Of a stretch of 64,000 nt of DNA, positions 9,756 through 24,938 are shown in pieces. The stretch is from Actinomycetota bacterium (GTDB taxonomy: Bacteria; Actinomycetota; Acidimicrobiia; IMCC26256; PALSA-610), in NCBI GenBank assembly GCA_041691275.1, contig JBEPUZ010000003.1:8499-72498 (forward strand), read 5' to 3'. Below the pieces are notes generated by a model. The model was given only the letters and a program-made list of their open reading frames with translations. It did no database searches and was not told the origin of the DNA. Each line of letters begins with the position of its first letter. The first letter of the stretch is position 1. A program made the translations under genes and the position numbers.

Positions 9756-10148
9756 CTACGCGGCTTGGAACTCGGCCAGGCAGGGAAGGCGACACCAACC
9801 GCGGCCGAGTACATGCAACGCGTCGTCGACACCGGGGTGGTCGCCAACGACCAGGCCCCGCGCGAGCTGGGCCGCGGCGCGCGCTACGCACGTGACCTCG
9901 GTGTCGGGAAGATCGATCTGTTCACGCTGCGCGACCTCTTGCACCTTCGTCGCCGCCTCGAGCGCAGCCAGCGCGGCGTCGTGCATGCGATGCGTGCGCC
10001 GGAGCGTCTGCTCGATGATGAGGACCGCTCGGGTGCTCGCGATCTCGTCCGCCGTCGAAGAACGCACCTCATGCAGATCGGACGCAATCGAACGGACGTC
10101 ATCGACCGTGAGCCCGGTCAACGCCAACCCGAAGATCTCTACGTCCAC
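9756..10148 (-). CDS. hypothetical protein (130 aa, predicted helical, no family recognised)
   Basis: GTG-initiated ORF. By manual codon count third positions are more G/C-rich than first positions on this strand. Composition is balanced (A/L/V/D/E), unlike the Arg-rich opposite-strand ORF 9750..10181. No clear SD. Confidence 0.45.
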   Translation of the reverse strand: MDVEIFGLALTGLTVDDVRSIASDLHEVRSSTADEIASTRAVLIIEQTLRRTHRMHDAALAALEAATKVQEVAQREQIDLPDTEVTCVARAAAQLARGLVVGDHPGVDDALHVLGRGWCRLPCLAEFQAA

Positions 10149-10215
10149 AGGGTTTATGTCGGCAATTCGGGCGACAAGTAAAGCGCGGGCTGCGATCGGC
10201 CCGGGAGCTGGGGCT

Positions 10216-11139
10216 TCAGGCCGTGTCGCGGGCGAGACCGTCGAGGATGTCGGCCTCCGACACCAGCAGGCTCTCGAAGCCCCAGTGCCGCATCACGCTG
10301 ACCACGACAATCGCGCCGCCGACGATGACGTCGACGCGCCCCGGATCGAGCCCGGGATTGTGACGGCGCTGGTCGATCGCCTCGGTTGCGAGCGTGCGGA
10401 ACACCTCTTCCGCGGCGGCGCGCGTCAGCCGGAAATGGTCGATGAGGTCGCTGCGCGCGGCGTCGACACCGAGCTCGATCGCGGCCAGTGTCCACACGGT
10501 GCCCGCGGTACCGACCAGCGTCGGCGCGTCCCATGACTTGGGCATCGTGCGGGCCGCGTCGGCCAACTGGTCGCGCACCACCGACACCGCCTGACTCAGT
10601 TCCTCCGGCGACGGCGGATCGGAGTGCAGGAACTGTTCGGTGAGGCGCACGCAACCGATGTCGAGCGAGCACAGGCCGTCGGGCTCGTCGGTACCGACGA
10701 TGAGCTCGGTCGAACCACCGCCGACGTCGACGACGAGATACGGCGCGGGCTGGCTCAGATTCGCGGTCGCCCCGATGAACTCGAGCCGGGCTTCGGCAAC
10801 GCCTTCGAGCAATTCCGGGCGAGCACCGAGCAACGACTCGGCCGGGTCGAACAGCTCGTCGCGATTGCCCGCGTCGCGCGCTGCACTCGTCGCCGTTGCG
10901 CGTACGCGCTCGACGCCGAGGTCCTTGATCACGCCCGCGTACTCCCGGAGCACGGTCAGCACCCGTTGGATTGCGTCGGGATGCAGCCTCCGGTCGCGGT
11001 CGACGCCCTGGCCCAGACGGGTGATCTGCGTGCGCCGCTCGACGGTGACGAGTTTGGCGTCGCGGCCCGGACCGTCGACATCCGCAACGAGCAGACGGGT
11101 CGAGTTGGTTCCCATGTCGATCGCGGCGACTCGTGTCAT
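10216..11139 (-). CDS. ppx: exopolyphosphatase / guanosine pentaphosphate phosphohydrolase family (Ppx/GppA)
   Basis: Start placed at ATG 11139 (MTRVAAIDMGTNSTRLLVADV...). The track ORF extends spuriously to 11805. ASKHA phosphate motifs DMGTNSTR and VVDVGGGSTE are present. Confidence 0.9.
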   Translation of the reverse strand: MTRVAAIDMGTNSTRLLVADVDGPGRDAKLVTVERRTQITRLGQGVDRDRRLHPDAIQRVLTVLREYAGVIKDLGVERVRATATSAARDAGNRDELFDPAESLLGARPELLEGVAEARLEFIGATANLSQPAPYLVVDVGGGSTELIVGTDEPDGLCSLDIGCVRLTEQFLHSDPPSPEELSQAVSVVRDQLADAARTMPKSWDAPTLVGTAGTVWTLAAIELGVDAARSDLIDHFRLTRAAAEEVFRTLATEAIDQRRHNPGLDPGRVDVIVGGAIVVVSVMRHWGFESLLVSEADILDGLARDTA

Positions 11140-11603
11140 CGCAGGTTCTCCTCCACCCAGCGCCCGACCGGATCGTCGCCACCCGCGAGGTGATACGCGA
11201 GATGGGCGTGGAGGCACTTCACCCCGCGCGCGGTTCCGCCGACTCCTCCGCTCGGACGCGGCCCCGCGTGATCGACCGCGAGCGCGGCATCGCGCTCGCG
11301 CGCGTAGCGGGCGTGGGCGGAGCCGAGCGCGCTGGACTCGACCGCGGCTTCCGCGGCGCGCACTCCCCCCGCCGACTCGAGCCGGGCGACCCGCAACGAG
11401 AGGTCGGGATCGACGAGCCAGTACCGGGTCGGCATCGGGGTCCCGTCGTCGAGCAGCGGCGCGTTGCGGATCACGGACGGATCGCCGTTCGCGCTCCGGA
11501 CGACGACCTCGAAATCGGCGCGCGGAGCCCGGCCCAGGAATCGCGTGAGTGTCTCCACGTCGCGGTCGCGCGGATTCGCGGGCGGCGAGTCGGTCGTCGG
11601 CAC
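11136..11603 (-). CDS. DUF501 domain protein
   Basis: 155 aa. ...PTRYWLVDP...GGVGGTARGVKCLHAHLAYHLAGG DPVG matches the conserved actinobacterial DUF501 gene found between ftsB and ppx. 4-nt overlap with ppx. Confidence 0.8.
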   Translation of the reverse strand: MPTTDSPPANPRDRDVETLTRFLGRAPRADFEVVVRSANGDPSVIRNAPLLDDGTPMPTRYWLVDPDLSLRVARLESAGGVRAAEAAVESSALGSAHARYARERDAALAVDHAGPRPSGGVGGTARGVKCLHAHLAYHLAGGDDPVGRWVEENLR

Positions 11604-11626
11604 CGCCCGAGTCTACGAAAGCCGCG

Positions 11627-14140
<2,514 letters not shown>

Positions 14141-14206
14141 GGCGCATTCTCCCGCACTTGAGCCCGTGGTGCCGGACTTGGGCCGAACGACGACCCGGGA
14201 GCGTCG

Positions 14207-15640
14207 CTAGTCGGAGACCCGAGCGGCTGCGACCCGGCCCCAGAGCCTGCGGACGACGGCCGGCTCCGCAGCCGCGAGATCGACGCCGTCGGCGGCGGCC
14301 AACGCCTCCATGCGGACGAAACGCTCCTGGAAGCGGCGAGCCCAGGCGGCGAGCGCCGACTCGCCGTCGAGTCCCCGCTCGGCGCCTGAAGCCGCAAGCA
14401 CGGCCAACGCCTGCCCCAGTGCTTCGTCGTCTGCGGGTTCGGCGGTCGGGGCCGCGCCGAGGTCAGGGGTCAACCCGATCGACGCCGCCTTCCGCAACAG
14501 CTTCTGCACGTAGATGAGCGCCGGGAGACCGGGCGTGATCCCCTCGACCAACGAGGTGTGACCCTTCTCGCCCGTCTTGATCTGCTCCCAGTTCGTCACC
14601 ACCTCGTCGGCAGTGTCGGCCTCGACCGTCCCGAACACGTGGGGATGACGGCGCACGAGCTTGGCGTGGATGCCCCGGGCCACGTCGGCGATCGTGAACG
14701 CGCCCGCCTCCGACGCCAGGACCGAATGGATCATCACCTGGAAGAGCAGGTCGCCGAGCTCGTCCTCGAGCCCGTCGTACGCACCGGTGGGAATGTCGCC
14801 GGCGGGCGCGTCGGCGGGGAGCTCGTCGATCGCAGCCGTGACCTCGTACGCCTCCTCGATCACGTGCCGGCGCAGCGAGTGATGCGTCTGGGCCGCGTCC
14901 CACGGGCACCCGCCCGGACCCCGCAGCCGCTCGGTCAGTGCGAAGAGTCGCGCGAGCTCGCCTGCGACCGAGACGTCGCCGGTGTCGACGAACACCGACG
15001 TGAGGTGGTCGGGCTCGACGGCCTGGTCGAGTTGCGCGAGCTCGACCGTCACGAGCTTCTCCTCGGGCAGGCCAAGACCTTGCAGCACCACGACCTCGTG
15101 CTCGGGGGGCAGTACCTCGAGCAACGCGAGCTTCACGTCGGACAACACGAAGCGCGTGTCGCACTGCGCGAGCAGCATCGGTCCCGAGAATCCGGCGGAG
15201 TCCACGGTGAACGTGCGGGCGTCGATGACTCGGGCGCCCGTCATGGGGTCGATGCCGAGGCGGTTCCAGGCGATGTCGGCGAACGAGAGCCCGGGCACGA
15301 TCTCGATGTCGATACCGACCCCGCGGAGCAACAGCACTGTGCGCTCCGCGACCGACGGGCTCCCCGGCACCGCGTACGCGACCTCACCGTGCTCGTGCGC
15401 GGCCTCCACCACCCGGGCCGCGATCGCCGCGTACACGGTGTCGAGGTCGTCGCCGCTGTCGTACAGGAGGTCGAGCGGTTCGAGCTCGAGCCCCTCACGG
15501 GCGAGATCGTCGACCGCGGGGTGACGGGCGGTACGGACGAACCGGACCGGAATGCGCTGCAGTGCCGCCCGGGCGGCGGGCAACAACAGATCGATCCCGG
15601 CCGGACCCAGACCGACCACGACGACGCGAGGCGGGCTCAC
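14207..15640 (-). CDS. mazG: fused tetrapyrrole-methylase-like domain / MazG nucleoside-triphosphate pyrophosphohydrolase (YabN-type)
   Basis: Start placed at GTG 15640 (VSPPRVVVVGLGPAG...), overlapping the upstream PPIase stop (GTGA). The C-terminal half has MazG motifs HSLRRHVIEEAYEV and DELGDLLFQV. The track ORF is over-extended to 15808. Confidence 0.85.
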   Translation of the reverse strand: MSPPRVVVVGLGPAGIDLLLPAARAALQRIPVRFVRTARHPAVDDLAREGLELEPLDLLYDSGDDLDTVYAAIAARVVEAAHEHGEVAYAVPGSPSVAERTVLLLRGVGIDIEIVPGLSFADIAWNRLGIDPMTGARVIDARTFTVDSAGFSGPMLLAQCDTRFVLSDVKLALLEVLPPEHEVVVLQGLGLPEEKLVTVELAQLDQAVEPDHLTSVFVDTGDVSVAGELARLFALTERLRGPGGCPWDAAQTHHSLRRHVIEEAYEVTAAIDELPADAPAGDIPTGAYDGLEDELGDLLFQVMIHSVLASEAGAFTIADVARGIHAKLVRRHPHVFGTVEADTADEVVTNWEQIKTGEKGHTSLVEGITPGLPALIYVQKLLRKAASIGLTPDLGAAPTAEPADDEALGQALAVLAASGAERGLDGESALAAWARRFQERFVRMEALAAADGVDLAAAEPAVVRRLWGRVAAARVSD

Positions 15641-16770
15641 CCGGCGGCAGGAACGGTTGTGGTCGTGGTGGTGGGCGGTGCGCACGCGGCGGTCTTCTCC
15701 CGGCACGTACGTACGGCGGGGACGGCGGGCGCGGCGATGTTGAAGAACAGCTGACCCTGCTGCTGGTCGACGGCGAGGCTGCCGGTACCGAACTGCGGAT
15801 TGATCCATACCTTCATCGACTGCAACCGCAGGTCACGCGCGACGAGCGGGTTCCGCGACAACGCCGAGGTCAGGTCGGCCTGCAGGTCGGCGTACGACGC
15901 GTGGTTGACGACGATCACGTGGTAGCCGTACTGCGACTTCACGGGTCCGGTCGGGATACCGAACGGAGCCGCGTACGCCGCGGCCTCGAACGGCGCGACG
16001 AACGTGCCCTTGCGCAGGCACCCCACCGCGCCACCGACCTTCGCCGACGCGGTATCCGTCGACTTGGTCTTGGCGAGCCCGGCGAACGACGCGCCACCTT
16101 TGAGTTGGGTCAGAATCGACTGCGCGGTCGCTTCGTCCTTGACGAGGATCTGTGACACGACCCGACCGGACGGGCAGAGATCGGTGGCGAACTCGTCGTA
16201 GAGCGCTTGTTCCTTGGCCGGCGTGAGCGTCGTGTAATACGCGCCGACCGCTTCCGAGCGCGCCTGCCGATCGACCAGGATCGTTTGGAACGACTTCGGG
16301 AACGACGCGAAGACCACGCCCTTGCCCACGAAGGTCTGCTGTCCCGACGCGTTGGTCTGGAGCTCGCTGTCGAGCGCGAAACTCTGTTTGGCATCCTGCG
16401 TCGCGGCTGTGCGGGCCGCGTCCGTGATGGTGAGCTTGAGCGTCGAGAACTGCGCGTCGACCGCGGCCTGCTCCACCAGCTGACTCAGATAGCTCGTCGA
16501 CACGTCTTGGGCCGTCGTGCTCTTCTGGTCGCCACCGAGGCTGAAGCCGTGACCCTTCAGGAGCGACTGGAACTGCGCGCTCCCCACCAGCTCGCCAAGC
16601 TGTTTGCGGTACTCGGCGCTCGAGATGCGGATCGTGTGCTTCCCGGTGGAGTCGGTGTACGACATCGACGCCGCGTCGGTCGACTTGTTCGAGCAACCCG
16701 TGAGCCCGACGACGCCCACTGCACCGACGAGAAGGGGAACCGCGAGACGGCGGAACCGGCTGGAAATCAT
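15637..16770 (-). CDS. parvulin-type peptidyl-prolyl isomerase lipoprotein (PrsA/SurA-like)
   Basis: Start at ATG 16770 (MISSRFRRLAVPLLVGAVGVVGLTGCS, lipobox). PpiC domain ...SQILVKDEATAQSIL...GGAVGCLRKGTFVAPFEAAA...GYHVIVV. C-terminal poly-Thr tail. Confidence 0.8.
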   Translation of the reverse strand: MISSRFRRLAVPLLVGAVGVVGLTGCSNKSTDAASMSYTDSTGKHTIRISSAEYRKQLGELVGSAQFQSLLKGHGFSLGGDQKSTTAQDVSTSYLSQLVEQAAVDAQFSTLKLTITDAARTAATQDAKQSFALDSELQTNASGQQTFVGKGVVFASFPKSFQTILVDRQARSEAVGAYYTTLTPAKEQALYDEFATDLCPSGRVVSQILVKDEATAQSILTQLKGGASFAGLAKTKSTDTASAKVGGAVGCLRKGTFVAPFEAAAYAAPFGIPTGPVKSQYGYHVIVVNHASYADLQADLTSALSRNPLVARDLRLQSMKVWINPQFGTGSLAVDQQQGQLFFNIAAPAVPAVRTCREKTAACAPPTTTTTTVPAAG

Positions 16771-16793
16771 CGGCCGGATGGTACCTGGGCCGG

Positions 16794-20258
<3,465 letters not shown>

Positions 20259-20395
20259 GAGCGCGCGTTCTACCCGGGAACGCATCCGCGCCCCGGGTGG
20301 CACCAGCGTAGACCCGAAAACTCCACCAACAGTTGTCGGAGATATCCGCACCATGTGCGGAAAAGTCCGACAACTGTTGGTGGGGTGATCCGGAC

Positions 20396-20983
20396 TTACT
20401 CGGGGTCGGGGGTGCGCGCGTTGTAGCGGTTCATCGCGGTCTGGACACCGTCGCTCACGATGAGCTCGACCGCGTCGGCGGCCTCCTCGATGGTGACGTC
20501 CATCGACTCGCGGTCGCGCTTGGAGACCCGGGAGAGCACGTGGTCGGCGCCCTTCTCCTTCGACGGCGGCTTGCCCACGCCGATCCGCACCCGCAAGAAC
20601 TCCTCGGTGTGCAGGTGTTGCTTGATCGACCGCAAGCCGTTGTGCCCGGCCAGCCCGCCGCCGACCTTCACCCGCAACACCGCGGGCGGGAGATCGAGCT
20701 CGTCGTGCACGATCACGATCTGGTCGGGCTCGATCCCGAGCCGGCGCACGAGTCCCGCCACCGCCTCGCCGGAGTCATTCATGTACGTCAGCGGGATCGC
20801 GAGCGCGACGCGCCGCGAGCCGATCCGCACCTCGTCGCTCCGGGCGCGGCCCTTCCAACCGTGCAACTTGCCGCCGTGGCGACGCGCCAAGAGCTCGACG
20901 ACCTCGGCACCCACGTTGTGCCGAGTACGCGCGTACTCGGCGCCCGGATTGCCGAGCCCGACCACCAAGAGGTCGACGGGCAC
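20396..20983 (-). CDS. pth: peptidyl-tRNA hydrolase
   Basis: 195 aa. LLVVGLGNPGAEYARTRHNVG...MNDSGEAV...HDELDLP...GGGLAGHNGLRSI. Confidence 0.95.
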   Translation of the reverse strand: MPVDLLVVGLGNPGAEYARTRHNVGAEVVELLARRHGGKLHGWKGRARSDEVRIGSRRVALAIPLTYMNDSGEAVAGLVRRLGIEPDQIVIVHDELDLPPAVLRVKVGGGLAGHNGLRSIKQHLHTEEFLRVRIGVGKPPSKEKGADHVLSRVSKRDRESMDVTIEEAADAVELIVSDGVQTAMNRYNARTPDPE

Positions 20984-20992
20984 CGGTGCGCG

Positions 20993-21640
20993 CTACTCCG
21001 CGGCGGGCGTCTCGGCCGACGCGGCGCCGGCTTCCGGAGCCGCACCTTCGACCGCTTCGCCTTCGGCGCCCTCGGCCACCTCGGCGACACGGGGTGCCGA
21101 GATCTGGGCGACGAGCTCGTCGGGGTTCTGCAGCACGGTGACGCCGTTTGGCACGGTGAGGTCACGTACGTAGATCTGACCACCGATCTCGAGGGCACTC
21201 ACGTCGTGCTCGATCGACGGCGGGAAGTCGGCGGGCTTGGCCTCGACCGTCAACGTGTGCACGAGCTGCTCGAGCACACCGCCGCGCACCGCGCCCTCGG
21301 CCTCGCCGACGAGGTGCACGGGGATCTCGGCCTGGATCGTCTGGTCGGCGCGGACCCGCACGAAATCGACGTGGATCACATTCCCCTGCACCGGGTGGCG
21401 CTGGAGCTCACGGGCGATCGCGAGCTCCTCGGTGCCGTCGATGTTCAAAGTGATCAGCGTGTTCATACCGCTGCCGCCGGAAAGGATCTTCACGAGCTCT
21501 CGCTGGGACACTGCGACGGACACGTTGTCGACGCCGAGGCCGTACACGATGGCGGGAACAAGACCCTCGACCCGGACGCGACCCGCAGGGCCCTTCCCGG
21601 CTTCGGTACGGCGTTGTGCGATGAGCGTGGCGTCAGCCAT
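20993..21640 (-). CDS. rplY: 50S ribosomal protein L25 / general stress protein Ctc
   Basis: 215 aa. RRTEAGKGPAGRVRVEGLVPAIVYG... with the long Ctc-type C-terminal domain and an acidic Ala/Glu tail. Confidence 0.9.
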   Translation of the reverse strand: MADATLIAQRRTEAGKGPAGRVRVEGLVPAIVYGLGVDNVSVAVSQRELVKILSGGSGMNTLITLNIDGTEELAIARELQRHPVQGNVIHVDFVRVRADQTIQAEIPVHLVGEAEGAVRGGVLEQLVHTLTVEAKPADFPPSIEHDVSALEIGGQIYVRDLTVPNGVTVLQNPDELVAQISAPRVAEVAEGAEGEAVEGAAPEAGAASAETPAAE

Positions 21641-21675
21641 GGCGCGTCAATCCTCGTGAGACGAAAAGGTGAACA

Positions 21676-21715
21676 GGGGATTCTCGCGCAAGTGCACCCC
21701 CGAGAGGGAATCCCC
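21676..21715 (-). terminator. possible stem-loop after the prs-linked lipoprotein gene
   Basis: GGGGATTC (21676-21683) pairs with GAATCCCC (21708-21715). On the minus strand it is followed by TGTTCACCTTTTCG. The loop is long (24 nt) and the U-tract weak. Confidence 0.3.
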
Positions 21716-21716
21716 C

Positions 21717-22409
21717 TCAGATCAGCGCCGGATCGAAGGAATTCGGGATCTGGGCGGGCGGCGTGCCCACGACGATCGCGATCTCCTCGAGATTCTTCAG
21801 CGGAATGGTCGTCGGGTCGCCGACGAACTTCGTCCCGCCGACGTAGATCGCCACCGACTTGGCCGGCGCGCAGTCGTTCGCAAAGCACGTCGACGTCAGT
21901 CGCACGTTCCATTCGATGAACAGCTGCCCGAGGGTGTTGTCCTTGTGGGTCGCGGATTCGGTGTGCAACACGCCGCTGATGTCGTGGGTGTGCAACGGCG
22001 AGATGCACGCCTTGTCACACGGAACCGCGATGCCTCCGTACGACTTCACGCCGTCGGAGGTGAACGTGTGCACCGCCGGGTTCGTTATGTCGATCCCGAG
22101 CGCGGCGGGCACGATGATGGGCTTGCCGTCGACGAAGACGTCGAGGTGCGAGTGCACGTGGTACTGCAGCTGCTCGGCATCCTCGGGAACGAGCCCCGCC
22201 TTCGCGGCGAGCACCATGGGATCGCTCGGCGCCGGGTACGGCGTCGGATCGCTCGCCGAGGGCGCGGTCGCCGTGATCGTCACCGACCCCGCCGATCCGC
22301 CGGAGCGCGGTTTCGAGGAACCACCGCACGCGGCGAGCGCGACCGCAAGACCGATGGCGACGACGATCGAGATGTGCGCGCGCCGACGCGCGCCGCGCTT
22401 CGACTTCAT
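21717..22409 (-). CDS. conserved hypothetical lipoprotein with His-rich motifs
   Basis: Start at ATG 22409 (MKSKRGARRRAHISIVVAIGLAVALAACGGS, lipobox), sharing one base with the prs stop (TGATG). Motifs HVHSHLDVFVDGKPIIVPAALGI and CISPLHTHDISGVLHTE. Confidence 0.7.
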   Translation of the reverse strand: MKSKRGARRRAHISIVVAIGLAVALAACGGSSKPRSGGSAGSVTITATAPSASDPTPYPAPSDPMVLAAKAGLVPEDAEQLQYHVHSHLDVFVDGKPIIVPAALGIDITNPAVHTFTSDGVKSYGGIAVPCDKACISPLHTHDISGVLHTESATHKDNTLGQLFIEWNVRLTSTCFANDCAPAKSVAIYVGGTKFVGDPTTIPLKNLEEIAIVVGTPPAQIPNSFDPALI

Positions 22410-23377
22410 CACATGTTGTCGCCGCCGAAGAGCTCGCTCACCGAGCCATCTTCGAATACGGCGTCGATCGCCTCGGCCAGCAGCGGTGCGATCGAGAGCA
22501 CCCGGAGCGTGTCGAAGCGCTTGTCGTCGGGGATCGGAACCGTGTTGGTGACGACGACCTCTTGGATCGGCCCGTTCTTCAACCGGTCGACGGCCGGGCC
22601 CGACAGCAGGCCGTGCGTCGCCGCGATGTACACCTCGGTCGCGCCCCGGTCGATCAACAGGTTCGCGGCGCTGACGACCGTGCCCGCGGTGTCGATCATG
22701 TCGTCGACGATGATGCACGTGCGGCCCTCGATGTCACCGACGACCTCGGTCGCGACCGCGACGTTGTGCGTGCCCTTAGGCCGGCGCTTGTCGATGAAGG
22801 CGATGTCGGAGCTCAGCCGGTCGGCGAACCGGCGGGCGAGCTTGCCGCCACCCGCGTCGGGGGCGACGATCACCGCGTCGCCGACCACGTTCTGCTTGAG
22901 GTACTCCGCGATCACCGGTACCGCGGTGAGGTGGTCGACGGGGAAGTCGAAGAATCCCTGGATCTGACCGGTGTGCAGGTCGACGGTAACCACACGGTCG
23001 GCTCCGGCCGCGGTCAACATGTCGGCGACGAGACGCGCGGTGATCGGTTCGCGACCCTCGGCCTTGCGGTCCTGGCGCGCGTATCCGTAGAACGGGCACA
23101 CCGCGGTGATCCGTTTCGCCGACGCGCGCTTGGCCGCGTCGATCATGATCAACTGCTCCATCAACAGGTCGTTGATCGAACCGCCGTGGGTCTGAAAGAC
23201 GAACACGTCGGCGCTGCGGATGTTCTCGCCGTAACGGCAGTAGATCTCTCCGTTGGCGAAGGTCGAGAGCACGCATTCGCCGAGCGGGAGCTTGAGGTGT
23301 TCGGCGACCTCGTTCGAGAGCTGCGGGTGTCCGCGACCTGCCACGAGAATCAGGCGTTTCTTGGTGAGCACCTCCAT
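22409..23377 (-). CDS. prs: ribose-phosphate pyrophosphokinase
   Basis: 322 aa. ...FANGEIYCRYGENIRSADVFVFQ..., PRPP-binding loop IIVDDMIDTAGT. Confidence 0.95.
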   Translation of the reverse strand: MEVLTKKRLILVAGRGHPQLSNEVAEHLKLPLGECVLSTFANGEIYCRYGENIRSADVFVFQTHGGSINDLLMEQLIMIDAAKRASAKRITAVCPFYGYARQDRKAEGREPITARLVADMLTAAGADRVVTVDLHTGQIQGFFDFPVDHLTAVPVIAEYLKQNVVGDAVIVAPDAGGGKLARRFADRLSSDIAFIDKRRPKGTHNVAVATEVVGDIEGRTCIIVDDMIDTAGTVVSAANLLIDRGATEVYIAATHGLLSGPAVDRLKNGPIQEVVVTNTVPIPDDKRFDTLRVLSIAPLLAEAIDAVFEDGSVSELFGGDNM

Positions 23378-24771
23378 CAGGCGCCATCCTCGCGCGTCGG
23401 ACGTGTGTCGCGCGCAGGATTGCCGCGCACATGTCGTCCGGGAGGCACGTCGTGGGTGACGACGGAACCCGCGCCCGTGTCGGCGTCGTCACCGAGATCG
23501 ATCGGCGCGACGAGGGACGTGTGCACACCCGTGTGGGTCCCGTCACCGATCCGGGTGCGGTGTTTATTCGTGCCGTCGTAGTTCGCCGTGATCGTGCTGG
23601 CGCCGAGGTTCACACCCGTTCCGATGTCGGCGTCGCCGATGTACGACAGGTGCGGGACCTTCGTCCCCTCGCCGATCTCGGAGTTCTTCACCTCGACATA
23701 CGTACCGACCTTCACCCCGTTGGCCAGGCGCGTTCCCGGTCGTACGTACGCGAACGGTCCCACTTCACAGTCGTCGCCGATCTCGCACTCGCGCGCCACG
23801 GTGTTCGAGATGCGCGTGCCCTCGCCGACCACGACGTCGGTCAGACGGCAGTCAGGCCCGACCACCGAACCCGCCCCGACTGCGGTGCGGCCTTCGAGGA
23901 TCGTGCCCGGAAGGAGGCGGACGTCGGCCTCCAGCTCGACCCCCGCGTCGACGTAGGTGCACAAGGGGTCGACCATCGTGACGCCCGCGCGCATCCACCC
24001 GCGGTTGATCCGGCGCCGCAGCTCGGCCTCGGCCTGGGCGAGCTCGGCCCGGTCGTTGACCATGATCGCCTCGCCCGCGTCGTCGGCCTCGATCGCGACG
24101 ACGTTGTGACCTGCCTGACGCAATACCGCGATCGCATCGGTCAGGTAGTACTCGCTCTGCGCGTTCTCGGGACTCAGTCGCCGTAGCGCGGGGGCGAGCA
24201 GTCCCCGCCGGAAGCAGTAGATCGACGTGTTGATCTCGTTGATCTCGCGCTCTTCCGGAGTGGCGTCGGCGTGCTCGACCACGCTCGCCACGCGCCCGTC
24301 TTTGCCCCGCACGACCCGACCCAGGCCGTTCGGATCGGCGACCGTCGCCGTGAGGATCGCGGCCGCGGCGTCTTGCACGCGATGCTCGGTCGCGAGCCGC
24401 GCGATCGTCTCCGCCCGAACCAACGGCGCGTCGCTCGGCAGGACGAGGATGTCGTCCTCTGCGTCGAGATCGTCGAAGACGGTCAGCGCGACGCTGACCG
24501 CATCGCCGGTGCCGCGCTGCACGCGTTGCTCGACGAACTCGACCGGCACCTCGGTGACGAGTTGGTCCTGGAGTGTCTTCGTCACCCTTTCGGCCGCGTG
24601 GCCGACCACGACCACGATCCGTTCGAGCGGCAACTCCGCGAGCGCGTCGATGACGTGCAAGACCATCGGTCGACCGCAGAGCGGGTGCAGCACCTTCGGG
24701 GTCGTGGAACGCATCCGCGTGCCTTCACCCGCCGCCAGGACAACCGCGCTCAGGGGTCGGTACTGCCTCAT
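23377..24771 (-). CDS. glmU: bifunctional UDP-N-acetylglucosamine pyrophosphorylase / glucosamine-1-phosphate N-acetyltransferase
   Basis: Start at ATG 24771 (MRQYRPLSAVVLAAGEGTRMRS). Left-handed beta-helix hexapeptide repeats in the C-terminal half. The track ORF is over-extended to 24930 across the tRNA. Confidence 0.95.
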   Translation of the reverse strand: MRQYRPLSAVVLAAGEGTRMRSTTPKVLHPLCGRPMVLHVIDALAELPLERIVVVVGHAAERVTKTLQDQLVTEVPVEFVEQRVQRGTGDAVSVALTVFDDLDAEDDILVLPSDAPLVRAETIARLATEHRVQDAAAAILTATVADPNGLGRVVRGKDGRVASVVEHADATPEEREINEINTSIYCFRRGLLAPALRRLSPENAQSEYYLTDAIAVLRQAGHNVVAIEADDAGEAIMVNDRAELAQAEAELRRRINRGWMRAGVTMVDPLCTYVDAGVELEADVRLLPGTILEGRTAVGAGSVVGPDCRLTDVVVGEGTRISNTVARECEIGDDCEVGPFAYVRPGTRLANGVKVGTYVEVKNSEIGEGTKVPHLSYIGDADIGTGVNLGASTITANYDGTNKHRTRIGDGTHTGVHTSLVAPIDLGDDADTGAGSVVTHDVPPGRHVRGNPARDTRPTREDGA

Positions 24772-24792
24772 GTGGCTCCTCGTCTCCTCGAG

Positions 24793-24863
24793 CTCGGGGG
24801 GAAGGTTTCGAACCTTCGCTAAGGGCTTCAAAGGCCCCTGTGCTGCCGTTACACCACCCCCGA
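24793..24863 (-). tRNA. tRNA-Gln (anticodon UUG)
   Basis: Manual cloverleaf on the minus strand: acceptor TCGGGGG/CCCCCGA, D-arm GTGT/GCAC, anticodon stem GGGGC/GCCCT with loop CTTTGAA, T-arm GAAGG-TTCGAAA-CCTTC, discriminator G. CCA is not encoded. Confidence 0.9.
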
Positions 24864-24938
24864 AAGGCGATATCAATCTACCGACGGGAGCCTCGGGGGA
24901 AGGTCCGGAGACGGCTTCTGATACCTTCACCCCTCGTC

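Noticed and set aside
9750-10181. 143-aa plus-strand ORF
   Set aside because: It is Arg-rich. Its third positions coincide with first positions of the opposite ORF and are less G/C-biased than that ORF's third positions. I kept the minus-strand ORF at low confidence instead.
14207-15808. Long N-terminal extensions of several track ORFs (mazG to 15808, PPIase to 17130, glmU to 24930, ispE to 26174, rsmA to 27312, tatD to 28175, ppx to 11805, OYE to 58363, ACS to 6176)
   Set aside because: The extensions overlap upstream genes and are Arg-rich. The domain-conserved sequence begins at internal ATG or GTG codons, often forming GTGA/ATGA junctions with the upstream stop.
24793-24863. tRNA-Gln as an integration site for a mobile element
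   Set aside because: There is no integrase, no direct repeat of the tRNA 3' end that I could find by eye in the window, and flanking genes are conserved housekeeping genes.
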